DNA of 64,000 nucleotides from an uncultured delta proteobacterium. Lineage in GTDB: Bacteria; Desulfobacterota; RBG-13-43-22. Every line of letters starts with the position of its first letter. The stretch's first letter is position 1. Made by a program: the position numbers and the translations under genes. The stretch lies in contig CAVVCH010000007.1 of assembly GCA_963746605.1 (NCBI GenBank), positions 1,620 to 65,619 of the forward strand, read 5' to 3'. The notes beneath the pieces were generated by a model. That model ran no database searches. It was given only the letters and a program-made list of their open reading frames with translations, and had not been told where the DNA came from. Below, piece after piece: positions 51,722 through 61,075 of this stretch.

Positions 51722-51771
51722 AGCTTATCTCAATGTCAAGCCTTCGTAACTAAGAGCTGACACAGGCAAAA

Positions 51772-51833
51772 GAGCTTATAGCTCATATGGTGAGCTGTAT
51801 TTGTATTTGCTCTGAGCTACGAGCCCTGAGCTA
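51772..51833. repeat. AGCTCAT / ATGAGCT heptamer inverted arms without cargo
   Basis: agcttatagctcatatggtgagct...ctgagctacgagccctgagctaa. Confidence 0.65.
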
Positions 51834-51847
51834 AAAGAAGGAGATCC

Positions 51848-53317
51848 ATGGAAACAACGAATTACCCGAATATTCAGGACTCGTCGGGCGGTAGCCTGCG
51901 CGATTTCCTGGCTATCCTCTTCAAGCGGAAGGCCGCCATCCTGACCATCTTTCTGGCTACGGTCATTACCGTGGCCGTCGGCTCCTTCCTGATGTCCCCC
52001 ACCTACGAGGCCCGGTCCAGCCTGCTGGTCAAGTTCGGGCGGGAGTTCATCTACCGGTCCGAGGTAGGGGACAAGGCCCCCATGATCTCCTTCAACCAGG
52101 AAGAGGCCATCAACTCGGAGATCAACATCCTGACCAGCCGGGACATCATCGAGCGGGTGATCAAGACCATCAAGCTGGAGAATATCTACCCGGAGCTGGC
52201 GAAGAACCCGCCGGCCAGGATGACGCCGATGGAAGCGGCGGTTATCGTCTTCCAGAAGAAGCTGACGGCCGAGGGGATCAAGAAGTCCAGCGTCATCGAG
52301 GTCTCCTTCCAGCACAAGGATCCCCAAGTGGCCGCCCGGGCCGTCAACCTGCGTGGTGGACTTCTTCAAGGAGAAGCACCTGGCGGTCCACAGCGGGACG
52401 GAATCGACTTTCCTGGAAAGTCAGACCGACCTGTACGACCAAGGAGCTCAAGAACTCGGAGAATCGCCTGGAGGCCTTCAGGCAGAAGAACCGGGTCTTT
52501 TCCCTGGACGAGCAGCGGAGCCTGCTCTTGAAGCAGCGCACGGAGCTGGACACCTCGCTGAAGAGCACCCAGAACCGGATCGACGAACTGGCCAAGAAGC
52601 TCGCTTCCCTGAGGGGCCAGATGAAAGGCATCCTGGCCGACAAGAACAACTACACCCAGACCGAGCGGGACAAGATCATCGTCGAGGCCCGGGCCAAGCT
52701 GCTCACCCTGCAGTTGAGCGAGCAGGACCTCTCCTCCAAGTACACGGACAACAACCGGCTGCTGGTCAACGTGCGCCAGGAGATCCAGATCGTCAGGGAT
52801 TTTCTGAAGGAGCAGGAGGAGGCCATCGGCGGCAAGGTGAAAACCAGCAACCCGGTTTACCAGGATGCGGAAAAGGGGGCCATGAACGCCGAGGCCGAAG
52901 AGGCTTCCTTACGGGCTAAGGCCGCCACCCTGCAGGCGCAGATCGGCCAGTTGGATGGCGAGATTAAGACCCTGGACCTCCGGGAAAAGGACCTCCAGGG
53001 ACTGAAGCGGGAGGTCAGCTACCAATGACAAGAATTTCCGGACCTACCAGGACAAGAAGGAGGAGGCCCGGATCTCCGACGAGATGAACCGCCAGAAGCT
53101 GGCCAACATCAGCGTCATCCAGGCCGCCGTGGTCCCCTCCAAGCCCATCAAGCCCAAAAAAGCCCTGAATGTCCTGCTGGGCATCATCCTGGGGGCCGTC
53201 TCCGGCCTGGGGTTCGCCTTCCTCTCCGAGTATACCAGCCAGCGCTTCACCTCCCCGGACAGCGTGGAGCAGCGGCTCGGGCTGCCGGTGTTGGCGACGA
53301 TAACGCTAAAAGAGTGA
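51848..53317 (+). CDS. Polysaccharide chain-length determinant (GumC/Wzc N-terminal type); three +1 frameshifts (~52352, ~52443, ~53025)
   Basis: LRDFLAILFKRK, PTYEA, ILTSR, coiled coil, A..P..PIKP plus TM, LGLPVLATI. Confidence 0.88.
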
Positions 53318-53331
53318 CGTGGTTAAAACTC

Positions 53332-53409
53332 GGATGACAGATGGCAGATGACAGAAAAAAACAGATGACAGATGACGGATGGCAGACGACGGTAAAGACC
53401 CGATGACGG
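53332..53409 (+). repeat. ATGACAG/ATGACGG heptamer left arm; last unit supplies the start codon
   Basis: ggatgacagatggcagatgacaga...gatgacagatgacggatggcagacgacggtaaagacccgATGACGG. Confidence 0.9.
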
Positions 53410-53792
53410 AACAGATTAAAAGCTTTCGGGATTTGCGGGTCTATCAAGCAGCATTTGAGTTGCAGCAAGAGGTTTTTAGGGTTTCCAAGTCCTTTCCAAA
53501 GGAAGAAATGTTCTCTCTGACAGATCAGATCAGGCGTTCATCGAGGGCCATCGGAGCCAATTTGGCAGAGGCCTGGCAAAAAAGACGTTATGAAGCTCAT
53601 TTTGTCAGCAAACTGAGCGATTCAGACGCCGAACAGGCCGAAACCCAGCACTGGCTGGACACGGCCCTGAATTGTAAGTATATCAAGCCGGAAGTTCAGG
53701 CCGGCCTCCTTGAAAAATGTCAAGAGATCGGCCGAATGCTCGGCACCATGATCAACAAACCCTCATCTTTTTGTCGCCAATTCTCAAAATGA
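53403..53792 (+). CDS. Four helix bundle protein (23S rRNA-IVP/Avd-like fold), intact
   Basis: SFRDLRVYQAA, FPKEEMFSLTDQIRRSSRAIGANLAEAW, ETQHWLD. Confidence 0.93.
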   Translation: MTEQIKSFRDLRVYQAAFELQQEVFRVSKSFPKEEMFSLTDQIRRSSRAIGANLAEAWQKRRYEAHFVSKLSDSDAEQAETQHWLDTALNCKYIKPEVQAGLLEKCQEIGRMLGTMINKPSSFCRQFSK

Positions 53793-53796
53793 TATT

Positions 53797-53937
53797 CCGT
53801 TATCTGTTATCTGTCCTCCGTCCTCCGTCATCCGGTCTTTCTCCGTCATCCGTCCTCTGTCATCCGTCATCCAGTCTTTCTCCGTCATCCGTCCTCTGTC
53901 ATCCGTCATCCAGTCTTTCTCCGTCATCCGGTCTTTA
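53797..53937 (+). repeat. CTGTCAT/CCGTCAT heptamer right arm with 39-bp higher-order repeat
   Basis: Reverse complement of the left arm; unit gtctttctccgtcatccgtcctctgtcatccgtcatcca starts at 53835 and 53874, partial at 53913. Confidence 0.9.
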
Positions 53938-53958
53938 CTCTGAGCCATGAGCTAACCC

Positions 53959-55411
53959 ATGTATCTCAATTATTATAATCTCCGGGCCGAACCCTTTCGG
54001 ATCACCCCCGACCCGGAATTCCTCTACCTGAGCCCCAGCCACCGGGAGGCTCTGGCGACCATCACCTACGCGGTGGAGCAGGGTAAGGGGTTCATGGCCC
54101 TGGTGGGCGAGGTGGGTCTGGGGAAGACGACGCTGCTGCAGGCCTTCCTGCAGGCAGCGACAGGGAGCCAAAGAAAAGGTCATCTATCTCTTCAATAGCC
54201 GCTTTTCCTACGGCGGGCTGCTCCGGGCACTGGCGCGGGAGCTGGACCTGGAGGTGACCTCCGAGGAACCCGAAGATCTCCTGGATCATATTTACCAGGC
54301 CCTGATCCGGGAATACGCCCGGGGGAACAATATCGTCCTCCTGATCGACGAGGCCCAGGGTCTGCCGGAGGAAACCCTGGAGGGGCTTCGGTTGATCTCC
54401 AACCTGGAGACCTCGACCGAGAAGCTGCTCCAGATCGTGCTGGTGGGCCAGCCCGAACTGGCCGCCAAGCTCGACCGCTACGAGCTGCGCCAGCTCAAGC
54501 AGCGGATCGCCGTCCAGGCCGTCCTGTCCCCCCTGACCCGGGAGGAAAGCCGGGAATACCTCCGGTTCCGGCTGGAAAAAGCCGGCGGGCGGGCCGAGGA
54601 TATTTTCACCCCCCGGGCCCTGGAAAGGATCGTCCGCCGGGCTAAGGGGATTCCCCGGGCCCTCAACATCCTGGCCGACAACGCCCTGGTGACCGGGTTC
54701 GGGTACCAGCGGAAACCCATTCCCCTCAAGGTGGTCAACGAGGTGTCGGCCGACCTGGAGGGTCGTAACAAATCGTTTTTCCGCCGCTGGGTCCCGGCTT
54801 CCCAAGCCGCTCTGCTGGTCGGCTTGGGGGTATTGGGGGCGTCCATCTATTATCAGCAGTCAGACTCGGGGCCCAAGGTCTCCATTACCTTGCGGGAGAA
54901 GGATCGGGCGGGGAAGGCCGCCGCCGTGAAGATTCCGCTCCAGGAGGATCCTCTGCAGGTCACCGGGATCCAGCCGGTCAGGGAGGGGGAAGTCATGAAC
55001 CTCGCGGCCCCGAATGGTCTGGCCCAAGGGAAAACCGAGGCCTCCAGCGGGCGGGAAACCTCGACCCCGGGCAGCCGGGGAAAAGAACCGGCTGCCACCG
55101 AAAAAAAACCGACGCCGGAAAAAGAAAACCTGGGCATTCCTCCTAAACGAAAGGTGGAGGTCGCTCCGTCCCCGGAACAACAGCCGGCTGCCGCCGAAGA
55201 GCATCCAGCCCCCGGGTTCCCCTTCACCCGGAAGGTCCGGAAAGGAGAAAACCTCTACCGCATGATCCTGGAGGTCTACGGCGCCAGCAATCCGGAATTG
55301 TGGGATCTGGTCCGGAAGCACAATCCGCGGATCAACAAGGACCTGAAGATACTGGTGGGGCAAAAGATCATCTTCCCGGAATGGAAACCAATAGCCAAAA
55401 ACGGAGGTTAG
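53959..55411 (+). CDS. ExeA-like AAA ATPase with TM and C-terminal LysM-like domain; +1 frameshift ~54165
   Basis: PFRITPDPEFLY, GEVGLGKT, IDEAQ, LVGQPEL, GIPRALN; VRKGENL...NPRI...ILVGQKIIFP. Confidence 0.88.
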
Positions 55412-55473
55412 CTCATAGCTCATAGCAAAAAACAGGGGTCAAGGGTTCGAGGATTCAAGGGTTCAAGTGAACT

Positions 55474-55776
55474 GCGGAACAGGGTGCTTTTATTCTAAGA
55501 GAGGGACGCCGACATACAATTTTCGAAAGAGGGATAGGATCTGTAAACAAATAACCTTGACAAACGGCCCCACAACCGTTCGCCCTGAGCTTGTCGAAGG
55601 GTGAATGATACGGCAATGCTTCGACAGGCTCAGCATGAACGGAGATATTAGCGGTATTGTACAGCTTATTTCTTGACGGGTTCTTAAGGAGGACCGAAGT
55701 TCCTCGCCACAGAGAAATTGTCGATGAATTGGCCAGGAAAATTTGTAAAGATCTCGACATTCCTTTTGTGAGGTAA
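55474..55776 (+). pseudogene. HicA toxin, 5'-truncated and interrupted by a MITE
   Basis: AEQGAFILREGRRHTIFERGI [MITE] RRTEVPRHREIVDELARKICKDLDIPFVR*; removing the MITE and one TSD restores the frame. Confidence 0.8.
55537..55683 (-). mobile_element. MITE family B, copy 2
   Basis: Reverse complement of 45111-45258; flanks ATA/TTA. Confidence 0.85.
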
Positions 55777-55779
55777 TCA

Positions 55780-55952
55780 ATGAAATACAGAGCGGTTATA
55801 AAAGAAGTTGGTGTGGATTGGATGGTTAATTGATCTGCCGGGGGTAAATGCTCAGGAGAAGAACAGGGAAGAATTATTAAAATCCCTTCGTATCGGAGCC
55901 GAGGATATGCCTGGCCACGATCGAAATCAACGATCCCCAATGGGCCGTTTAG
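55780..55952 (+). pseudogene. HicB antitoxin remnant (paralog of 62497-62706)
   Basis: MKYRAVIK...WIGWLIDLPGVNAQE...SLRIGAED with small deletions. Confidence 0.78.
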
Positions 55953-56083
55953 GGGTATAAACTATCAGCACTCGGCCCCTTGAACCCTTCGAATTCACTA
56001 TGAACTATGAGCTCCGAGCGATGACCTCTCTTGTCTTCGCCGTGAGCTATAAGCTACGAACTATGAGCTAAGTCGGAGATTTT

Positions 56084-56941
56084 ATGGGTAAAATCTATCA
56101 GGCTCTCCAAAAAGCCCGAGACAACCGGAGCAAACTCCAGGTTGTCGTAGGAGTCCGGGAAACAGCCCCTGACCTATCCGGAAGCGGCGCCGGCCCCGAA
56201 GCGCGAAGACCCCCCGACCCTGTCGATGTTCAAGCCGATCCTAGCCCCGGCCCCCCGGAGGCGGTGCCGATCCCGGCAGCGGTCCCGCAGGAAACCTTCC
56301 TTCCCCTGACCCTGGAATTGGAGGCGGAGAAAGAGATGGCCACGCTGTACCAGAATATCGAGGCCCTGGTGGGCCAGCCCCGGAAAAAGATCATCCAGTT
56401 CATCGGTTCCCATCCGGGGGAGGGGACCTCCACCATAGCCCGCGACTTTGCCCGGTTCTCGGCCTCCCGGCTGGGGAAAAAGGTGCTTTTCCTGGAGGGG
56501 GACCCGGCCGACTCCTCGCAGCCTTTTTCCGGCGGAGGCCGAATGGTCAGCCTGGAAGAGACGGTCCGCCGGGGGGAGGAGGTCGAAGGGGCCTTTGCCC
56601 AGTCTGAGGGAACCGGCCTGGCCGTCGGCCTGGTGGCTCGGGAGGAGGGATCCCTGATCCACTTCCTGGAATCCGAAGACCGGGCCCCGGTTTGGGAGCG
56701 CCTGAAAGAGCATTTCGACCTGGTGGTGATCGATTCTCCTCCGTTGTCGGCCTCCACCGCCGGCCTGGCCTTCTGCCGCCGAGCCGACGGGGTAGTCCTG
56801 GTCCTGGAAGCCGAACGTACCCGGGGCCCGGTGGCCGAAAAGGCCAAGGAGCAGATCCAGAAGAACGGGGGGAATATCCTGGGGGTGGTCTTCAATAAAA
56901 GGAAGTTTTACATTCCGAAGAGTATTTATAAAAGACTTTAG
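56084..56941 (+). CDS. CpsD/CapB family tyrosine-protein kinase
   Basis: MGKIYQAL; Walker A variant PGEGTST; VVIDSPP; ADGVVLV; LGVVFNKR. Confidence 0.88.
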   Translation: MGKIYQALQKARDNRSKLQVVVGVRETAPDLSGSGAGPEARRPPDPVDVQADPSPGPPEAVPIPAAVPQETFLPLTLELEAEKEMATLYQNIEALVGQPRKKIIQFIGSHPGEGTSTIARDFARFSASRLGKKVLFLEGDPADSSQPFSGGGRMVSLEETVRRGEEVEGAFAQSEGTGLAVGLVAREEGSLIHFLESEDRAPVWERLKEHFDLVVIDSPPLSASTAGLAFCRRADGVVLVLEAERTRGPVAEKAKEQIQKNGGNILGVVFNKRKFYIPKSIYKRL

Positions 56942-57015
56942 ATGACGGATGACAGATGACGAGACGGATGACGGAACGAAAGACCAGATGGCAGAAGACA
57001 GATGACGGATGACGG
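56941..57015 (+). repeat. ATGACAG/ATGACGG heptamer left arm
   Basis: gatgacggatgacagatgacgagacggatgacggaacgaaagaccagatggcagaagacagatgacggATGACGG; begins at the kinase stop codon. Confidence 0.9.
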
Positions 57016-57297
57016 AACAGATCAAAAGCTATAGGGATTTGAGGGTCTATCAGGCAGCCTTTGAGCTGCAGCAGGAAATTTTTGAGGTTTCCAAGGCCTT
57101 CCCCATTTTCTTCAGAAATCGGGATTTTTCGATTTCTGAAGGCCGAGACGCAGCACTGGTTGGATACGGCGTTGGATTGCAAATACATCAAACCGGAGAT
57201 TCACGCCGGCCTCCTCGAAAAATGCCAAGAGATCGGCCGCATGCTCGGCACCATGATTAACAAGCCTTCCTCCTTCTGTCGCCAATTCTCAAAATGA
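57009..57297 (+). pseudogene. Four helix bundle gene with central deletion
   Basis: MTEQIKSYRDLRVYQAAF...SKAFP, then palindrome ttcagaaatcg..cgatttctgaa, then AETQHWLD...FCRQFSK; lacks the KEE...QIRRS...AEAW block. Confidence 0.85.
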
Positions 57298-57307
57298 CCC
57301 GTTCTTT

Positions 57308-57547
57308 TCTGTCATCTGTCATCCGTCATCTGTCATCCGGTCTTTGGCCGCATGCTCGGTACCATGATCAACAAACCCTCATCTTTTTGCCGTAACTTCT
57401 CTAAATAATGAATCTTTTTCCGTCATCTGTCCTCCGTCCTCCGTCCTCTGGTCTTTTTCCGTCGTCCGTCATCTGTCCTCTGTCTTCTCCGTCCTCCGTC
57501 TCCGTCATCTGTCCTCCGTCTCCGTCTCCGTCATCTGTCATGAGCTA
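57308..57547 (+). repeat. CTGTCAT/CCGTCCT right-arm arrays enclosing an extra four-helix C-terminal fragment (57346-57408)
   Basis: Tandem heptamers; embedded GRMLGTMINKPSSFCRNFSK*. Confidence 0.85.
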
Positions 57548-57551
57548 ACCC

Positions 57552-58988
57552 ATGGTCCCCCTGCGCCGTAAAATCCTCCTCGATGCCCTCAAACTTTTCG
57601 ACCTTGCGGCCCTGGTCGGCTATTTCCTCTTCGCCGCTTGGGTCAGCTCGCGGGAAATGAAGGGCGTTTCCTTCGAGCAGGTGCTGGCCATGCGGATCAA
57701 GGTTTCGAACCTGTTGACCTTCTTGGGCTTCCTGCTGGTCTGGCACCTGATCTTTTCATTTTTCAAGCTCTACCATTCCCGGCGCCTCACCTCTATCCCC
57801 GAAGATATGCGTCAAATCATCAAGGCCGTCACCTTGGGGACTTTGGTACTCTTTGTGGCGGCGCTGGTTTTCAACATCCGGCTGGTCAATGGCCTCTTCC
57901 TGGTTGTTTTTTTTAGCGCCTGTACCGCTGGGACGATGGCCTCCCGCCTGGTGCTGAAAAAGGTCCTGGAGAAGATCAGGACGAAGGGCCGGAACCTGCG
58001 GAACATCCTCATAGTGGGCACCAACGGTCGGGCCCTGCGTATGGTGGACAGGATCTTGAGGAAACCGGAATTCGGCTACCAGGTCATGGGTTTCGTGGAC
58101 GAGGGCCGGGGCATGGCCGGTTTCGAGAAATCGGGCCACCGCCTGGTGGCTGACTTCAATAGCCTGCCGGCCCTGCTTCGCACCGAAGTGATCGACGAAG
58201 TGGCGATCTGCCTGCCCATCAAGTCCTATTACCAGCAGATTTCCCAGATCGTGTCCAACTGCGAGAAGCAGGGCATCATGGTCCGCTTCCTGTCGGACAT
58301 CTTCAACCTGAAACTGGGCCGGGTCAAGCCGGAGGAGTTCGACGAAGGGGCCTTTATCACCGTTTCCACCGGACGGATGGAAGGGTTCCCTTTGCTGGTC
58401 AAGTATGGGATGGATTTCATCGTTTCGCTGGTTTTGCTGGTTTTTTTATGCATCCCCTTTCTGGCCGTGGCCCTGCTGATTAAGATTACATCCAAGGGAC
58501 CCGTCTTTTTTATCCAGGACCGGGTGGGGCTCCACAAGCGGGTCTTCCGGCTGTATAAATTCCGGACCATGGTGGCCGACGCGGAGGCGAAAATCGCGGC
58601 CCTGGAGGGGCTGAACGAGGTGGACGGCCCGGCCTTCAAGATCAAAAACGATCCCCGGATCACCGGCATCGGCAAATTCTTGCGGAAAACCAGCATCGAC
58701 GAACTGCCCCAGTTGATCAACGTGTTGAAGGGGGAGATGAGCCTGGTCGGCCCGCGGCCCCTGCCCATCCGGGACTACAACGGGTTCGACCGGGACTGGC
58801 ACCGCCGGCGCTTCAGCGTCAAACCGGGCATGACCTGCCTCTGGCAGGTGAACGGCCGCGGCAATGTCTCTTTTTCCGAATGGATGAAAATGGACATGCA
58901 ATATATTGATCAATGGTCGTTCTGGTTGGATCTGAAAATTCTCGTATTGACAATCCCGGCAGCTTTAAGAGGTTCAGGCGCCTCCTAA
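57552..58988 (+). CDS. Polyprenyl glycosylphosphotransferase (priming sugar transferase, WcaJ-like)
   Basis: TM domain; ILIVG; YKFRTM, DPRIT..GKFLRKTSIDELPQL, SLVGPRP, KPGMTCLWQV. Confidence 0.95.
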   Translation: MVPLRRKILLDALKLFDLAALVGYFLFAAWVSSREMKGVSFEQVLAMRIKVSNLLTFLGFLLVWHLIFSFFKLYHSRRLTSIPEDMRQIIKAVTLGTLVLFVAALVFNIRLVNGLFLVVFFSACTAGTMASRLVLKKVLEKIRTKGRNLRNILIVGTNGRALRMVDRILRKPEFGYQVMGFVDEGRGMAGFEKSGHRLVADFNSLPALLRTEVIDEVAICLPIKSYYQQISQIVSNCEKQGIMVRFLSDIFNLKLGRVKPEEFDEGAFITVSTGRMEGFPLLVKYGMDFIVSLVLLVFLCIPFLAVALLIKITSKGPVFFIQDRVGLHKRVFRLYKFRTMVADAEAKIAALEGLNEVDGPAFKIKNDPRITGIGKFLRKTSIDELPQLINVLKGEMSLVGPRPLPIRDYNGFDRDWHRRRFSVKPGMTCLWQVNGRGNVSFSEWMKMDMQYIDQWSFWLDLKILVLTIPAALRGSGAS

Positions 58989-59103
58989 CTGGAGTTATTT
59001 GCCACGAGCCACGAGCTGTGAGCTCTTGAAAAAGGTATAGAGATCGATCGGGAGACTTTTCCGCATCGAAAGGGCGGTAGCCTGCCCTGAAAGGTTGAAC
59101 ATT

Positions 59104-59222
59104 GATGACGGATGACAGATGACAGATGACGGAACATATTAAACTTTCGAGATTTGCGGGTCTATCAAGCAGCTTTTGAGCCGCAGAGGAAATTGGACGA
59201 ATGCTCGGCAGTATGATCAAGG
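59104..59222 (+). pseudogene. Heptamer left arm plus minimal four-helix-bundle remnant (N-terminus fused to C-terminus)
   Basis: gatgacggatgacagatgacagATGACGGaacatattaaa...gatttgcgggtctatcaagcagcttttgag | gaaattggacgaatgctcggcagtatgatcaa. Confidence 0.8.
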
Positions 59223-59324
59223 GAGTGGCCAGCTTGGATGCCGCTTCCTTCAACAGTCTCGATCAAAAAAATGACTTGTAAGATGAATAAATGACTTGTA
59301 AAATAAAATTTATAGAGGTTTGTT

Positions 59325-59561
59325 ATGGAAACGGCGGTAACAAAGCGCGGGCAGACTGTCATCCCAGCCGCTATCCGGAAACGTTATCGGATAGACAACG
59401 GTGCTCATTTGGTTTGGCTAGATGACGGGGAGACGATAAAAGTTGTTCCGGTCACCGCCGACCCGCTACAAAACCTTCGGGGGCGAGGGCGGGGAAAGAA
59501 ATTGACCGAAAAATTATTAAATGAACGCCGTAGAGATCGCGATTATGAAAAACGGCCCTGA
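59325..59561 (+). CDS. AbrB/MazE/SpoVT family antitoxin
   Basis: VTKRGQTVIPAAIRKRY; GAGG RBS. Confidence 0.9.
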   Translation: METAVTKRGQTVIPAAIRKRYRIDNGAHLVWLDDGETIKVVPVTADPLQNLRGRGRGKKLTEKLLNERRRDRDYEKRP

Positions 59562-59759
59562 AAGCGGGAAACGGCCTTTATCAGGTTGAAAGCTTTCCAC
59601 CGTATTTCGCTGGCTGATGCTGTCATCGCGGCCTATGCCATTCGCCATGACGCCATCCTTATGCACAAGGACCCGGAATTTGAGGCCCTATCCGGTTCAC
59701 TGACCCTGGGATCGCTCCCCTATAAATCAGCAGTTGGAAATCGGAAGATCCCAGGCTGA
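59545..59759 (+). pseudogene. VapC PIN toxin lacking its N-terminal catalytic half
   Basis: Only RLKAFHRISLADAVIAAYA...LMHKDPEF...LPYK remains, out of frame with the ATG. Confidence 0.78.
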
Positions 59760-59773
59760 TTTCTTGGGGTACT

Positions 59774-60028
59774 ATGGTAAAAAAGAAAAAACCTGAATTC
59801 GGGGACTATAAGGAGGCTTCGGTCTGGTTCGATACAAGTGACCTGGCGGATTATCAGGATCAGATGGTTTCGGTAGATTTTTCGTTCGATCTGAGAAAAA
59901 TGCCTGACTTGGTGGCCTTGGACCGGGAAATTGCCAAGGATGTTAGACAGTTGTCCATAAGAGAACATATTCCTACCCGGACACTGGTTAATCGGTTGCT
60001 GAAAAAAGGCCTAGAAGGTCTCCATTAG
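59774..60028 (+). CDS. CopG/BrnA-like antitoxin, orphan
   Basis: PEFGDYKEASVWFDTSDLADY plus C-terminal RHH; no upstream toxin ORF. Confidence 0.7.
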   Translation: MVKKKKPEFGDYKEASVWFDTSDLADYQDQMVSVDFSFDLRKMPDLVALDREIAKDVRQLSIREHIPTRTLVNRLLKKGLEGLH

Positions 60029-60053
60029 TCTTATTATTGGCCGTGTCGACTTT

Positions 60054-60135
60054 CCTCCGTCATCTGTCATCCGTCGTCCGTCATCCAGTCTTTACCCGTC
60101 CTCCGTCATCTGTCGTCTGTCATCCGGTTTTTCCC
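60054..60135 (+). repeat. CTGTCAT/CCGTCAT right-arm array
   Basis: cctccgtcatctgtcatccgtcgtccgtcatccagtcttt...ctgtcatccggttttt. Confidence 0.85.
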
Positions 60136-60330
60136 GTCTGCCAGACCAGAAAGCCCAAAGCTTTACTGAATGGAGTGAGCAACGTCCCGCTTTACGCGGA
60201 GGTGTCGAAACTGCCTCCCTGCATGACCCTGGAAAAGGAGCAGCCCAAAGACCGCCGTAAAATCCAGGCAGGAGAGGTTAACCGATCGATAAACTTCCAT
60301 TTTAGCAAATGATATCCTGGGAGGACAGCC

Positions 60331-60570
60331 ATGCAGGATCTGTTAAACCGTATTACCTTTGACAAGGAGGTTCTTTGTGGGAAGCCTCTTATTCGAGGAC
60401 TACGGATATCTGTCGAAATGCTGTTAGAGTTACTGGCCAAAGGGGCTACACAGGAGGAGATCCTACAAGACTACCCCCAACTTGAACCAGATGACCTTCG
60501 GGCGGTTTTGCTTTATGCGCATCATCTAGTGGCCAGAGAAGATATTTTTGATCGTGTCGCAGTTGGGTAA
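60331..60570 (+). CDS. DUF433 antitoxin-like protein
   Basis: RITFDKEVLCGKPLIRGLRISV...EILQDYPQLEPDDLRA. Confidence 0.92.
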   Translation: MQDLLNRITFDKEVLCGKPLIRGLRISVEMLLELLAKGATQEEILQDYPQLEPDDLRAVLLYAHHLVAREDIFDRVAVG

Positions 60571-60575
60571 ACGCT

Positions 60576-60842
60576 ATGGATTTCTTGCTGGATGTCAATG
60601 CCAGTGGGGCCGTGGCCCAATGGTTAATTCACCGGGGTCATGACGTAGCCGAGGTCGGCCGGAAAGACCCCAAAATGAGTGACAGTGAGATTTTGAACTG
60701 GGCCGTAAGGGAACACCGGGTTATTATTACAACAGACAACGATTTTGAGGAAATGATCTGGCGACAGGGGAAGCCGCATTGTGGGGTTTTACGTCTGGAA
60801 AACTTGCCACGCTCTGAGGGTCTATCAAGCCGCCTAAAATGA
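60576..60842 (+). pseudogene. DUF5615 PIN-like toxin, probably 3'-truncated by a four-helix-bundle fragment
   Basis: FLLDVN, GHDV, SDSEIL, ITTDNDF, GVLRL; ends in tgagggtctatcaagccgcct, which matches ~57040-57060. Confidence 0.7.
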
Positions 60843-60932
60843 GCCTTTTGCCCAACGAGGACCTTCTATTGACCGCAGTGGCCCTCAAAGCCGACTATTT
60901 TCTTCAGAAATCGGCCCTTTGATTTCTGAAGC

Positions 60933-61010
60933 ATCCGTGCCAAGTTGATGCCTTCGTCCCAGACCAAATAGACCAGTAAGTTATGCAACTTAGAACCAAC
61001 GTCCCGCATT
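60933..61010 (+). repeat. Dispersed ~78-bp repeat, copy 1 (copy 2 at ~62182-62261)
   Basis: atccgtgccaa..gatgccttcgt.ccag.ccaaatagaccagtaagttatgcaactt.gaaccaacgtcccgcatta. Confidence 0.85.
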
Positions 61011-61075
61011 AGCGCATTACTTGGTTTTTCACTAATCAACAATCCGATCAAACAAATGGGCAAAAGGAGATTTTT

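Larger units (their letters stand above)
55409..56071. mobile_element. Nested repeat-armed cassette: AGCTCAT arms > CAAGGGTT arms > hicA::MITE-hicB remnants
   Basis: Outer left tagctcatagctcatagc; inner left ggggtcaagggttcgaggattcaagggttcaagtg; inner right cactcggccccttgaacccttcgaa; outer right ctatgaactatgagct...ctatgagctaa. Confidence 0.75.

Noticed and set aside
53797-53937. CRISPR array suggested by the 39-bp periodic repeat and heptamer tracts
   Set aside because: Units are directly tandem and low-complexity with no unique spacers; no cas genes in the window.
57236-57408. DGR template/variable repeat pair (duplicated four-helix C-termini, Avd-like genes, RT scrap)
   Set aside because: Differences between copies are mostly synonymous and not adenine-specific; no intact RT is present.
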